DNA of 63,612 nucleotides, filler included, from Licmophora abbreviata (lineage: Eukaryota), in the NCBI GenBank assembly GCA_900291995.1. It is 22 parts of 22 records of this genome, joined end to end, with 100 filler letters (N's around TTAATTAATTAA, not from the genome) between each part and the next. Parts side by side here need not be neighbours in the genome. Positions count along the whole stretch, not along the records: positions 11,522 to 15,523 come from OLMU01005043.1; positions 15,624 to 17,480 come from OLMU01005044.1; positions 17,581 to 20,073 come from OLMU01005045.1; positions 20,174 to 23,644 come from OLMU01005048.1; positions 23,745 to 26,483 come from OLMU01005049.1; 17 more parts are not named here. One strand, written 5' to 3'. Every line of letters starts with the position of its first letter. The first letter of the stretch is position 1. Position numbers and translations under genes: made by a program. The notes below the pieces were generated by a model. The model was not told the DNA's origin and made no database searches. It worked only from the letters and a program-made list of their open reading frames with translations. Positions 15,215 to 26,100 of this stretch are shown here, in pieces.

Positions 15215-15664
15215 ATGACGCAACGCATCGCACCCGTTCTGACCCTTGCCCTGGCGCTCGTGATCGCCTGGGGCACGCTCAGCCCGCCCGGTGGCGCCGG
15301 CATCCCGTGGCCGCTGAGCGACAAACAGATCCACGCGCTGGCCTTCTGCCTTCTGGTACTGCCCGTGTCGCTGACGCGGCCTGCGTCGATCCGCTGGCTC
15401 GCGCCCACCGCCCTTGCGTATGGCGCGGCGATCGAACTGATCCAGCCGTTTGTGGGGCGCAGCGCGGAATGGGGCGATCTTCTGGCCGATGGGATCGGCA
15501 TGCGGTCGGGATCGTGCCGGGCCNNNNNNNNNNNNNNNNNNNNNNNNNNNNNNNNNNNNNNNNNNNNTTAATTAATTAANNNNNNNNNNNNNNNNNNNNN
15601 NNNNNNNNNNNNNNNNNNNNNNNTGCCGGGCCTGATCCGCGCGCGCCTTGGCCGCGCCGCCTGA
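15215..15664 (+). CDS. VanZ-like membrane protein (spans linker; probable 1-nt error near 15500)
   Basis: DKQIHALAF, IELIQPFVGRSAEWGDLLAD; a shifted frame continues AVGIVPGLIRARLGRAA*. Confidence 0.75.
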
Positions 15665-15687
15665 TCGGGTACCGGGGCGCGCGCCGC

Positions 15688-16434
15688 TCAGATCGGTTTC
15701 GCCTCGGGCTTGGGTTTGGGCTTGAGCGCCTCGAGCGGCTTGCGCACCGTCTCGCGCAGGCCCGGACCCGACGGTGCATGCACCCGCTTGGTGGCCTCCA
15801 CCAGCAGAACGCCCCCCGACAGCACAACCGACATCTTCACACCCAGGGCTTCCCAGAACATCGAGGTCTTGCGCCAGATCCGCCGCTCGGATGGTGGCTG
15901 ATAGAGCGTCGTGGCATGGCGCAGCGGCAGGAAGTTGTGCAGCTTGAGCTGGCTTTCAAGCTGCGACTGGCTGTAGGGTCGGCCAAAGCCGAACGGCGTC
16001 CGGTCCGTGCGCGACCACAGCCCTGCCCGGTTCGGCACGATGAACAGCGCCGATCCCCCCGGCCCCAGCACCCGCCAGCATTCCTCCAAAAGCGCACCGG
16101 GATTCTCGCTGGTCTCCAGCCCGTGCACCACCAGAAGCTTGTCCACATGCCCGGTTTCCAGCGGCCAGTTGGTTTCTTCGCACAGCACCGACACATTGGG
16201 CAGGCCCTGTGGCCAGGCGATCACCCCCTGCGGCCCCGGCATGAGGCCGATCACCCGACGGGCATCTGTGAGATAAGGCCTCAGGAACGGCACCGCAAAG
16301 CCATAGCCCGCCACCGTCTGCCCCTGCGCTTCGGGCCAGAAGGACAGCACTTCCTTGCGCACAGCCGCCTGCGCCGCACGCCCCAATTGGCTGCGATAAT
16401 AGAAGTTGCGAAGGTCCTGCACGTCGAGATGCAT
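15688..16434 (-). CDS. Class I SAM-dependent methyltransferase-like protein
   Basis: [12 protein letters not shown]...[10 protein letters not shown]...PNRAGLW; divergent from gloB. Confidence 0.85.
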   Translation of the reverse strand: MHLDVQDLRNFYYRSQLGRAAQAAVRKEVLSFWPEAQGQTVAGYGFAVPFLRPYLTDARRVIGLMPGPQGVIAWPQGLPNVSVLCEETNWPLETGHVDKLLVVHGLETSENPGALLEECWRVLGPGGSALFIVPNRAGLWSRTDRTPFGFGRPYSQSQLESQLKLHNFLPLRHATTLYQPPSERRIWRKTSMFWEALGVKMSVVLSGGVLLVEATKRVHAPSGPGLRETVRKPLEALKPKPKPEAKPI

Positions 16435-16497
16435 TGCAGACGGGTCCATGATCGGTCACTCTTGACGCTAACATTAACCGGCAAAGGGGAAAACACC

Positions 16498-17265
16498 ATG
16501 GCCTTGCAGATCGAAACCATTCCCTGCCTGTCCGACAACTACGCCTTTCTGGCGCATGATCCCGACACCGGGCAGACCGCCGCGATCGACGTTCCCGACG
16601 CGGCCCCGATCCTCGCCATGCTCGAGCAGAACGACTGGACGCTCAGCCATGTGCTGTTGACGCATCATCACGCCGACCATGTTCAGGGGCTCGAGGCCCT
16701 GCTCGATGCCGCGCCCGCCAAGGTGGTGGGGGCCGCGGCCGATGCGCACCGTCTGCCGCCACTCGACATCGCTGTGGCGGATGGCGACAGCATCATCATC
16801 GGCAACCTCATCGCCGAGGTGATCGAGGTGCCGGGGCACACCGTGGGCCATATCGCCTTCTATTTCCCCGAAAGTGCCGCACTCTTCAGTGCGGACAGCC
16901 TGATGGCGCTTGGCTGCGGTCGGGTGTTCGAAGGCACGATGGACCAGATGTATGACAGCCTGTCGCGTCTGGCAGCACTGCCCTCGGACACGACCGTCTT
17001 TTCAGGCCATGAATACACGCAGGCCAATGCCAAATTCGCGCTGACCATTGACCCCGCGAACGCAGCGCTTACATCCCGTGCAGCCGCAATCGACGCGGCG
17101 CGCGAAAAAGGCCATCCTACCGTGCCCTCGAAACTGTCCGAGGAGCTGGCCACAAACCCGTTTCTGCGGGCGTCCGATCCGGACATTCAGGCCCATCTCG
17201 GCATGGTCGGGGCCGATCCTGCCAAGGTGTTCGCCGAAATCCGCGGGCGCAAGGATCGGTTCTGA
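16498..17265 (+). CDS. gloB: Hydroxyacylglutathione hydrolase
   Basis: DNY, THHHADH, PGHT, GHEYT, TNPFLR. Confidence 0.96.
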   Translation: MALQIETIPCLSDNYAFLAHDPDTGQTAAIDVPDAAPILAMLEQNDWTLSHVLLTHHHADHVQGLEALLDAAPAKVVGAAADAHRLPPLDIAVADGDSIIIGNLIAEVIEVPGHTVGHIAFYFPESAALFSADSLMALGCGRVFEGTMDQMYDSLSRLAALPSDTTVFSGHEYTQANAKFALTIDPANAALTSRAAAIDAAREKGHPTVPSKLSEELATNPFLRASDPDIQAHLGMVGADPAKVFAEIRGRKDRF

Positions 17266-17419
17266 CGAACCAGATGCCGCAAATGCAGTCTTCTGCCATC
17301 AAAAGTGACCGGGCGGCTCCAGAAAAAACTTGAAGAGTCGTCCATATCGACCAAACTTTAATACTATGAGGCCAAGGTCGTCGGCATCCCGCCACGGCCC
17401 AGATCAGAAGGAGCACGAC

Positions 17420-19845
17420 GTGCCTTCATTTTCGAACACGCTGGAACAGGCAATTCACGCGGCTTTGGCCTTGGCCAATGNNNNNNNNNNNNNNNNNNNN
17501 NNNNNNNNNNNNNNNNNNNNNNNNTTAATTAATTAANNNNNNNNNNNNNNNNNNNNNNNNNNNNNNNNNNNNNNNNNNNNCACGAGTTCGCGACGCTCGA
17601 GCATCTGCTGCTCGCGCTGATCGACGAGCCTGACGCCGCGCGCGTTCTCAAGGCGTGCAGCGTCGACACCGAGGATCTTCGCGGCACGCTCGTGGAATTC
17701 ATCGACGACGACCTGTCCAATCTCGTCACCGACATCGAAGGATCCGAGGCGGTGCCGACCGCCGCCTTCCAGCGCGTGATCCAGCGCGCGGCGATCCATG
17801 TGCAATCCTCGGGCCGGACCGAAGTGACCGGCGCCAATGTGCTTGTCGCCATCTTCGCCGAGCGCGAATCGAACGCGGCCTATTTCCTGCAGGAGCAGGA
17901 CATGACCCGGTATGACGCGGTGAATTTCATCGCGCATGGCGTGGCCAAGGACCCGGCCTATGGCGAATCCCGGCGCATCACCGGCGCCAGCGAAGCCGAG
18001 AGCGAGAACACCCGCCGCGAACAGGAACCCGAGGCTGTCGAAGCCGGGGAATCCGCGCTGGCCAAGTATTGCGTCGATCTCAACGAGAAATCCCGCCGTG
18101 GCGATATCGACCCGCTGATCGGCCGCGACTCCGAGGTCGAGCGCTGCATTCAGGTGCTCTGCCGCCGGCGCAAGAACAACCCGCTTCTGGTGGGCGATCC
18201 CGGCGTCGGCAAGACCGCCATCGCCGAAGGTCTCGCCCTCAAGATCGTGCGCGGCCAGACCCCCGAAGTGCTGTCCAATACCACGATCTTCTCGCTCGAC
18301 ATGGGCGCCTTGCTGGCGGGCACCCGCTATCGCGGCGATTTCGAAGAGCGGCTCAAGGCCGTGGTGAACGAGCTTGAAAGCCATCCCGACGCGGTTCTCT
18401 TCATCGACGAGATCCATACCGTGATCGGCGCAGGCGCCACATCGGGCGGCGCGATGGATGCCTCGAACCTGCTCAAACCTGCGCTGCAGGGCGGCAAGCT
18501 GCGCTGCATGGGCTCGACCACGTTCAAGGAATTCCGCCAGCATTTCGAAAAGGACCGCGCGCTGTCGCGCCGGTTCCAGAAGATCGACGTGGTGGAGCCG
18601 ACGACCGATGACGCCATCAAGATCCTCAAGGGTCTCAAGCCCTATTTCGAAGAGCATCACAGCGTCAAATACACCAATGACGCCATCAAGTCGGCGGTGG
18701 ACCTGTCGGCGCGCTACATCACCGACCGCAAATTGCCCGACAAGGCGATCGACGTGATCGACGAGGCGGGGGCTGCGCAACATCTGGTGGCCGCCTCCAA
18801 GCGCCGCAAATCCATCGGCGCCAAGGAGATTGAGGCTGTCGTCGCCAAGATCGCCCGCATCCCTCCGAAAAGCGTGTCCAAGGACGATGCCGAAGTGCTC
18901 AAGGATCTCGAAAGGACCCTCAAGCGCGTCGTCTTCGGTCAGAATCCCGCGATCGAGGCGCTGGCCAGCTCCATCAAGCTGGCGCGCGCCGGGCTGCGTG
19001 AACCCGACAAGCCGATCGGCAACTATCTCTTTGCCGGCCCCACAGGCGTCGGCAAGACCGAGGTCGCCAAGCAGCTCGCCGACACGCTGGGTGTCGAACT
19101 GCTGCGCTTCGACATGTCCGAATACATGGAGAAACACGCCGTGTCGCGCCTCATCGGTGCGCCCCCGGGCTATGTCGGCTTCGATCAGGGCGGTCTGCTG
19201 ACCGACGGGGTCGATCAGCACCCGCATTGCGTGCTGCTGCTGGACGAGATCGAAAAGGCGCATCCGGACGTGTTCAACATCCTGCTTCAGGTGATGGACC
19301 ACGGCACCCTGACCGATCACAACGGGCGGTCGGTGGATTTCCGCAATGTCGTGCTTATCATGACCTCGAACGCCGGCGCCGCCGAACAGGCAAAAGCTGC
19401 GATCGGCTTTGGCCGCGACCGCCGCGAGGGCGAGGATACCGCCGCGATCGAACGGACCTTCACCCCGGAATTCCGCAACCGTCTGGATGCGGTGATTTCC
19501 TTCGGTCCGCTCCCGAAAGAGGTGATCTTGCAAGTGGTCGAGAAGTTCGTGCTGCAGCTCGAAGCGCAGCTGATGGACCGCAACGTCTCGATCGAACTGA
19601 CGCAGCCTGCCGCCGAATGGCTGGCCGACAAGGGCTATGACGACAAGATGGGCGCCCGCCCGTTGGCCCGCGTCATCCAAGAGCACATCAAGAAGCCATT
19701 GGCCGAAGAACTGCTGTTCGGCAAGCTGGCCAAGGGTGGTCTGGTGCAGGTCGGCGTCAAGGATGGCAAGATCGACATGCGCATCGACGGCCCCAATCAG
19801 CCGCGCCTGTCGGGCAAGAAGCCACCCCTTCTGACCGCGGACTGA
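17420..19845 (+). CDS. clpA: ATP-dependent Clp protease ATP-binding subunit ClpA (split by linker 17481-17580)
   Basis: GTG-PSFSNTLEQAIH; two AAA+ modules GDPGVGKT and GPTGVGKT; IGF loop. Confidence 0.96.
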
Positions 19846-20073
19846 TGCGCCCGCTCCACGGGGCAGGGTTTGCCCTTGCGATCAGCCTCCTGTCGGCCGC
19901 CGTTCCCGCGGCGGCCGAACCGCCTGTGCTGTCATTGCCGATTGACTGCGTCCTCGGGCAGACCTGCTATGTCGAGGATTATGTCGATGCCGATCCCGGC
20001 CCCGGGCAGCGCGATTACACCTGCGGTCTCAAAAGCCGTGACGATCACCGCGGCACCGACATCGTGCTGTTGT
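19845..20073 (+). CDS. M23 family metallopeptidase, 5' partial
   Basis: Signal peptide; PIDCVLGQTC..YVD.DPG...HRGTD (HxxxD). Confidence 0.75.
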
Positions 20074-20173
20074 NNNNNNNNNNNNNNNNNNNNNNNNNNN
20101 NNNNNNNNNNNNNNNNNTTAATTAATTAANNNNNNNNNNNNNNNNNNNNNNNNNNNNNNNNNNNNNNNNNNNN

Positions 20174-21369
20174 GCCTTGGCATCATCCAGAAGCGCTCGA
20201 AGCTGGCCCAGCTGATCTCGCAGCGCCGCCACCTGCCGGTTCAAAAGCGCCTGTTGCTTCTGCGCTTCGCTCGCCAGCTCCTGCTGGTCGGCCAGCCGGT
20301 CCCGAGCCTGCGCCAGAAGGGCCGCGCGCGCCTCGGCTTCGGTCAGGGCGGTGTCGGCCTGCTCTTCGGCGGCCAGTTTCTCCGCCAGCGCCGCCGTCAG
20401 GCGCGTGCGCAGCTCGTCGGCCTCCATCGCTTCAGGTTCCACCGCCGACAGCCGTGCCTCAAGCTCGGCGATCCGCGCATCCTTGGCCGCCAGCGTCTCA
20501 TCGGCAGTGTCGCGCGCCGCAAGCGCCGCGGCCAGCCGCGCATCCAGATCCTCTTGCGCATCTTCGGCAGCCGCCAGCAGGGTCAGCGTTTCCTCGGCGC
20601 GGCGGCGTTGCTCCTCCAGCGCAAGGGTCATCGCGGTCAGTTCCGAATCCGCGTTCTGCAACCTTGCGCGCAGCGCCTCAGCGGCGGCGGCCTCGGCCAG
20701 ACGCGCCTGTTCCTCTTGGCTCAGTTCGGCCTCCAGATCGGCCACCTGCGCACTCAGTACGGCGCGCGCCTCGTCGCTTTGCTCGGCTTCGGTCCTCAGG
20801 TCCGCGATCAGCGCCTCCAGCGCCTCGCGGCGGGCGGCGGCCAGTCGCGCGGCCTCGGCCTGTGCATCCACCTCGCCGCGCAAATCGGCCAGCGCCAGTT
20901 GCAGCGCCTCCTGCTCGGACAAAAGCTCGGCGCGCTCACCTTCCAGATCGGCCACCTGCCCGAGGGCCTGATCGCGCGCGGCCAACAACCCGGCCACCTG
21001 TTCCTCGAAACTGGCGATGCGGGTGCGGGCCTCGTCCAAGGCCACCTCCTGCGAGGCGATCAGCGCCGCCTGAGCCTCTTGGCGCTCGCGTGCATCGCTG
21101 AGTGTGCTGCTCAACTCCCCGACCCGTTCGGTCAGCGTGGCATTGCGGTCCTGCTCCAGCCCCAGCGCCTCGGCCAGTGCGGCCACTTCGGCGGACAGCT
21201 CGTCCAATTCGCTCGCCTGTCCGCTGATGGTTTCGCGCAGCACGAATTGCACCACCATGAAGATCGTCAGAACGAACATCAGCACCAGCAAAAGCCCGGT
21301 CATCGCATCCACGAAGCCCGGCCAGATCGAGGCCTGGAACCGTGCACCTGTGCGCCGGGAAAGCGCCAT
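20174..21369 (-). CDS. MotB-like membrane protein with long coiled coil (probable C-terminal OmpA domain lost in gap)
   Basis: IWPGFVDAMTGLLLVLMF single TM with Asp, followed by >300 aa of A/E/L/R heptads. Confidence 0.8.
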
Positions 21370-21372
21370 CGC

Positions 21373-22581
21373 CTAGCTCTCCTGCCTGTCGCCCGGATCG
21401 CGCGCCGTATCACGAGCCGGGCTGCGCATCTGGTTGAACACCCGCGTCAGCGCCGCCAGATCGGTGCGTAACTCGGTCATCGTCTCCTGCCGGCCGGCGC
21501 TGATTTCTTCGAGGATGCGCAGCATCTGCACATCGATCGACCGGAGCCGCATCCGGCTTTCGGCATCGAAGTTGTCACCGCCATGGGCCTGACGCTCGTG
21601 CATGACCTCGATCAACCGCTCCTGCCCCTCGGCAACCCGGCCCAACGCGGCGGTGATCGGGTTTGTATCGCTCATCCGGTGCGTCAGACGTTCGATCGAA
21701 TCCGCCAGCACGCCCAGCTTTTCATCCACCATGGCGCGGCTGACATCCGATTGGGTCAGCATCATCTGCAGGCTTTCCATCTGCTCGGCCATCTGGTCCA
21801 GCACCGGGGCCATGGCATGCGCCTCGCCGCCCTGTTCGCCGTCACCGCTGGAAAAGCCCACCCGCGTGATGGTGGACATCCACTCCTCCAGCTCGCGGTA
21901 AAAGCGGTTCTGCCCGTGGCTTGCGAACAGCTCCAGAAGCCCCACCACCAGCGACCCCGCCAGCCCCAGCAACGACGAGGCAAAGGCCACACCCATCCCG
22001 CCCAGCTGCGCCTCAAGCCCGGTCATCAGGCGGTTGAACACATCCACGCCCCCCTCGCCCTCTTGCGGCGCAAGGCTGCGGATGGTGTCCACCACCGCCG
22101 GCACGGTGGTCGCAAGACCATAGAACGTGCCCAGAAGACCAAGGAAGATGAGCATGTTGACGATATACCGGGTGATCTCCCGCTCTTCGTCGATCCGCTG
22201 CGCCACCGAATCGAGGATCGACCGCGCCGATCCCGAGGCGATCTGCATCCGCTTGCCGCGCTGGCGCAGCAAGGTGGCCAGTGGCGCCAGCAATTGCGGC
22301 GCCTTGACCATCTCGTGGCCGGGATGCTGTGCGGCGAATCCTTCGATCCAGCGCACCGATCCGATCAGCTGAACCACCTGCCAGAAACAGGCCACCACCC
22401 CGATACAGAAAACGAACAGGATGAACCCGTTCAGCCACGGGTTCGCCTCGAAGACCGGCATCACCCTCGGCGCCGCCAGAACGGCCCCGGCCCCGGTTAG
22501 GCCAAGCACCACCAGCATCAGAACGATCTGGCGTACGGGACGTGAAAAATGCGGCTCGACCTCACGGTCCGGCTGGCCCAT
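21373..22581 (-). CDS. MotA/TolQ/ExbB-like membrane protein
   Basis: LGLLGTFYGL and GMGVAFASSLLG helices; long helical C-terminal tail. Confidence 0.8.
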   Translation of the reverse strand: MGQPDREVEPHFSRPVRQIVLMLVVLGLTGAGAVLAAPRVMPVFEANPWLNGFILFVFCIGVVACFWQVVQLIGSVRWIEGFAAQHPGHEMVKAPQLLAPLATLLRQRGKRMQIASGSARSILDSVAQRIDEEREITRYIVNMLIFLGLLGTFYGLATTVPAVVDTIRSLAPQEGEGGVDVFNRLMTGLEAQLGGMGVAFASSLLGLAGSLVVGLLELFASHGQNRFYRELEEWMSTITRVGFSSGDGEQGGEAHAMAPVLDQMAEQMESLQMMLTQSDVSRAMVDEKLGVLADSIERLTHRMSDTNPITAALGRVAEGQERLIEVMHERQAHGGDNFDAESRMRLRSIDVQMLRILEEISAGRQETMTELRTDLAALTRVFNQMRSPARDTARDPGDRQES

Positions 22582-22649
22582 CTGGACGGCTCCCGGCTCT
22601 GGCTTTCGTTGGGCCAACCCTACGCGCACGGACCGGTCAAGCCAAGGAT

Positions 22650-23180
22650 TTATACGCTCAACGCGCGCACTCTGCGCGCAAGCCAGTCCAACTCGGCATC
22701 GATGATGCCCAACTCGCCCAGATGTGCGGCGGTGTTGAACAGATATTCGGTGTTCGGCCCCCGCCCGCCGACCGCCCGCGCGATGATCCGCGCCTGTTCC
22801 TCAAGGTCCAGACCCCCGCAATACTGCACGTGATCGGGGTCGATCACATAGGTCACCGCATCGACCCTGCGCCCATCCGCCAGATCGATCTCGAGCATCT
22901 TCTCCAGATAGGCCGACGACACCAACTCACGCTCTCGCAGATAGGCCAGAACCTGATCGGACTGATCCTCCCCCACCGACAGCGCGACACCGTGGCATTG
23001 CGCCTCCACCTGCGCATCCAGCGCCAGCACCAGCCCCGGTTCTTCGGGCGTGCCGCGATGATGGATCGAGCGCATGCAGAAACTCCGGTGATAACCAGGC
23101 AGCGTCGCGATCACCCTGTCCTGCACCTCGAAGCCCGGGTTCCACACCAGCGATCCATAACCGAACACCCACATCTGCAT
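22650..23180 (-). CDS. chaC: Gamma-glutamylcyclotransferase, ChaC family
   Basis: WVFGYGSLVW, HRGTPEEPGLVL, YLRERE, GPNTEY. Confidence 0.92.
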   Translation of the reverse strand: MQMWVFGYGSLVWNPGFEVQDRVIATLPGYHRSFCMRSIHHRGTPEEPGLVLALDAQVEAQCHGVALSVGEDQSDQVLAYLRERELVSSAYLEKMLEIDLADGRRVDAVTYVIDPDHVQYCGGLDLEEQARIIARAVGGRGPNTEYLFNTAAHLGELGIIDAELDWLARRVRALSV

Positions 23181-23207
23181 TTTGCTGTTCCTCTGTCTTT
23201 CGACGTC

Positions 23208-23325
23208 TTAAAGCGTTCCGCCTTTGACCTGAGGCATCAGCTAAAGGCGGAACGCGTGCACCGATTTAACGGAACACTGCATTTCGCGAAAATCTGTGAT
23301 TCAGGTTTCCCGCGAAACGCTTTAA
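23208..23325. repeat. ~118-bp MITE/RIME-like element, copy 2
   Basis: TIR TTAAAGCGTT...AACGCTTTAA; internal hairpins GCGTTCCGCCTTT/AAAGGCGGAACGC and TTTCGCG/CGCGAAA. Confidence 0.9.
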
Positions 23326-23358
23326 ACACCATGCGCAGGCAGCATGAAAGAGGCGGGA

Positions 23359-24254
23359 ATGCTCAGAGGTCTTATCGGTCTGATGATGGTCGCGGCACTG
23401 GCGTGGTCAGGTTATTGGTTCTTCATATCCTCCAGTCTTCAGCAGGGCTTCGAGGACTGGTTCGACGCGCGCCGCGCCGAGGGCTGGATGGCCGATTACG
23501 GCGCGCTCGGCGTTCAGGGCTTTCCGAACCGGATCGACACGGTGATCGACGATCTTGACCTCGCCGATCCCGACACCGGCCTCGCCTGGAGCGCGCCGCG
23601 CTTCCAGATCAACGCCCTCAGCTACCGGCCCAATCACGTCATTGNNNNNNNNNNNNNNNNNNNNNNNNNNNNNNNNNNNNNNNNNNNNTTAATTAATTAA
23701 NNNNNNNNNNNNNNNNNNNNNNNNNNNNNNNNNNNNNNNNNNNNCAGAACGCCGCCACCTACCGCCTTGGTCTGGCCGCCGAGGGGCTGACGCCGTCGCT
23801 GCCATGGCGCAAAACGGTCGATCCCGACGGCTCACTGCCCGAAAGTTTCGATGCGGTCAGCGCCGACATGACGGTCGAGTTCGACAAGCCATGGGATCGC
23901 AGCGCCATCGAGGTCGCCCGCCCGCAACCCCTGCAAATCACCCTGAAACTGGCCGAGGCCCGTTGGGGCCGATTGGAGCTTCAGGCCGCGGGCGCGGTCA
24001 GCGTCGATGCGCAAGGCCTGCCCACCGGCGAGATCACCATCAAGGCCCGCAACTGGCGTGAGATTCTTCAGATTTCGGTGGCCGCCGGGGCGATCTCACC
24101 GGGCCTGGCCGGGGCGCTCGAGGATGGTCTGTCGCTCTTGTCGCAACTGTCGGGCAATCCCAACACGCTGGATATCCCACTGGGCTTTCGCAACGGGCGC
24201 ATGCTGCTTGGCCCCGTGCCGATCGGCCCTGCCGCGGTGTTGCGCCTGCGGTAA
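23359..24254 (+). CDS. DUF2125-family protein (split by linker 23645-23744)
   Basis: WSGYWF...GFPNRIDT...ADP; C-terminal LLGPVPIGPAA. Confidence 0.75.
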
Positions 24255-24271
24255 GCCGCGCTCCCAAAGAC

Positions 24272-24515
24272 GGGGGCCCTGCCCCCGACGTTGAAATCCT
24301 TGGGGATTTCAACGTGCCCCCTAAAGCGTTCCAACGTTCACCTGGGACATCAGCGAAAGGTGGAACGCGTGCAACGATTGGATGCAGCACAGCGTTTCGC
24401 GAAAGGATGCAAGGCAAGTCTTTCGCGAAACGCTTTAGGATATTTGCGGCCAGAAGAAACGCAGGCTGCGCCTGAGTTCCGCACCGGGCGCGGTTTCTTC
24501 TGGCCATAAATATCC
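24272..24515. repeat. REP-like composite repeat interrupted by the 118-bp element, plus an inverted 22-bp copy
   Basis: GGGGGCCCTGCCCCC, GTTGAAATCC..GGATTTCAAC, [insert], GGATATTTGCGGCCAGAAGAAA (24438-24459), TTTCTTCTGGCCATAAATATCC (24494-24515). Confidence 0.8.
24321..24438. mobile_element. ~118-bp MITE/RIME-like element, copy 3, with apparent TA duplication
   Basis: CTAAAGCGTT...AACGCTTTAG ends; nested in another repeat. Confidence 0.85.
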
Positions 24516-24542
24516 AAATCCCACCGGTCGAATTACAGACGG

Positions 24543-25178
24543 TCACCGGCAATAGGGGCCATATCCGTGATCGGCGGTGTCGAAGTGAAAATGATCGCGG
24601 TGGTGGCGATCGGATTCAGGGCCAAGAACCGTGCCGAAGGGGCCACAGGCCGAGCGGTGCAGCTTGCGCAGCACGCGCCCTTTACGGCCCTTGTCCCAAT
24701 CGTCCAGCACCGAGATTTCCGAGCCATCGGCCAGTTGGATCGCGGCGATGTCGATGGCGCGGCCCTTGGCATGTTCCGACAGGCGCGCGCCGGGCTGATG
24801 GTTGCGCGTCCGGCAGGCGTAATGCGCAGCCACCCTGATGCCGGTGACGCCGCCGCCCATGTTGCCCACCGTGGGCGTCATGTCGCGCTTGACCCAGTCG
24901 TTGAGGGTACGCGCCGTCTGGCAATTCATGATCGACCCCTGGCTGAGCGTGATCCCGCCGACCTCGCGCACGCGCACCGCGCTCGCAACCCCGCAGCCCC
25001 CCGAACTGGCCTGCGTGACGTCGGGATAGCTGCCCACGACCTCGCCCTTGATCGCGGGATTGCCGCAGACCGATCCGCGTGTGGAGGTCACCGGCTCGTC
25101 ACCGCCGCCGCCGCCACCACCACCGGGCAGCAGCGAACAGCCCATCAGAATGAGCGGGAAAAACAAGGCTTTACGCAT
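24543..25178 (-). CDS. Extensin-like C-terminal domain lipoprotein
   Basis: Lipobox LMGC; YACR..N...SEHAKGRAID; ACGPFGTVLGP..HRDHFHFD. Confidence 0.88.
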   Translation of the reverse strand: MRKALFFPLILMGCSLLPGGGGGGGGDEPVTSTRGSVCGNPAIKGEVVGSYPDVTQASSGGCGVASAVRVREVGGITLSQGSIMNCQTARTLNDWVKRDMTPTVGNMGGGVTGIRVAAHYACRTRNHQPGARLSEHAKGRAIDIAAIQLADGSEISVLDDWDKGRKGRVLRKLHRSACGPFGTVLGPESDRHHRDHFHFDTADHGYGPYCR

Positions 25179-25182
25179 TGGG

Positions 25183-26100
25183 TTACCCCTTTTTTACTCG
25201 TCCAAAATCCGGGGCGTCGGTATCCTGACCGGCCTCGATGATGCCGCGCCGGATGGCGCGGGTGCGGGTAAAATACGCGAAGAGGTGATCGCCGTCACCG
25301 GTGCGGATCGCGCGTTGCAGCGCGAACAGCTCTTCGGTGAAGCGCCCGAGGATTTCCAGCGTCGCCTCCTTGTTGTTCAGGAAGACATCGCGCCACATGG
25401 TCGGGTCACTGGCCGCGATCCGGGTGAAATCACGGAAACCCGCGGCGGAATACTTGATCACTTCGCTGTCGGTGACGCGGCGCAGGTCATCGGCCACACC
25501 GACCATCGTATAGGCAATCAGGTGCGGCGCATGGCTGGTGACGGCCAGCACCAGATCGTGATGCTCGGCGTCCATCTCGTCGGTCAGCGCGCCCATCCCC
25601 TGCCACAGATGCGCGACGCGCGCGACAGCGTCGCGGTCGCTGCCGGTATCGGGCACGATCAGGCACCAGCGGTTGTCGAACAATGCGGCAAAGCCCGACC
25701 GCGGGCCGGAATGTTCGGTCCCGGCCAGCGGATGGGCCGGAACGAAATGCACGCCTTGCGGCAAATGCGGCGCCACCGCCTCGATCACCGCCTTCTTGAC
25801 CGAGCCGACATCGCTGACCGTGGCCCCGGGCTTGAGCGCCGGGGCGATCTCGGCGGCGACAGCGCCCATGGCGCCCACCGGCACGCAGAGCACCACCAGA
25901 TCGGCGCCTTCGACCGCCTCGGCGGCGCTGTCGCAGACCCGGTCGCACAGCCCGATCTCGCGCGCGGTGGCGCGGGTCTCCGAGGAGCGGGCATAGCCCG
26001 TCACCTCGCCGGCAAGGCCGCCGCGTTTCATCGCCCAGAACATCGACGAGGCGATCAGCCCCAGACCGATCAGCGCGACCCTGTCATAGACCGGCGCCAT
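25183..26100 (-). CDS. tyrA: Prephenate/arogenate (cyclohexadienyl) dehydrogenase
   Basis: IGLGLIASS, DVGSVK, HPLAGTE, SHAPH, GFRDFTRIAASDP. Confidence 0.93.
   Translation of the reverse strand: MAPVYDRVALIGLGLIASSMFWAMKRGGLAGEVTGYARSSETRATAREIGLCDRVCDSAAEAVEGADLVVLCVPVGAMGAVAAEIAPALKPGATVSDVGSVKKAVIEAVAPHLPQGVHFVPAHPLAGTEHSGPRSGFAALFDNRWCLIVPDTGSDRDAVARVAHLWQGMGALTDEMDAEHHDLVLAVTSHAPHLIAYTMVGVADDLRRVTDSEVIKYSAAGFRDFTRIAASDPTMWRDVFLNNKEATLEILGRFTEELFALQRAIRTGDGDHLFAYFTRTRAIRRGIIEAGQDTDAPDFGRVKKG

Noticed and set aside
20174..22581. Zorya defence system
   Set aside because: MotAB-like pair present, but no ZorC/D/E, and the context is housekeeping; kept only as an uncharacterised motor
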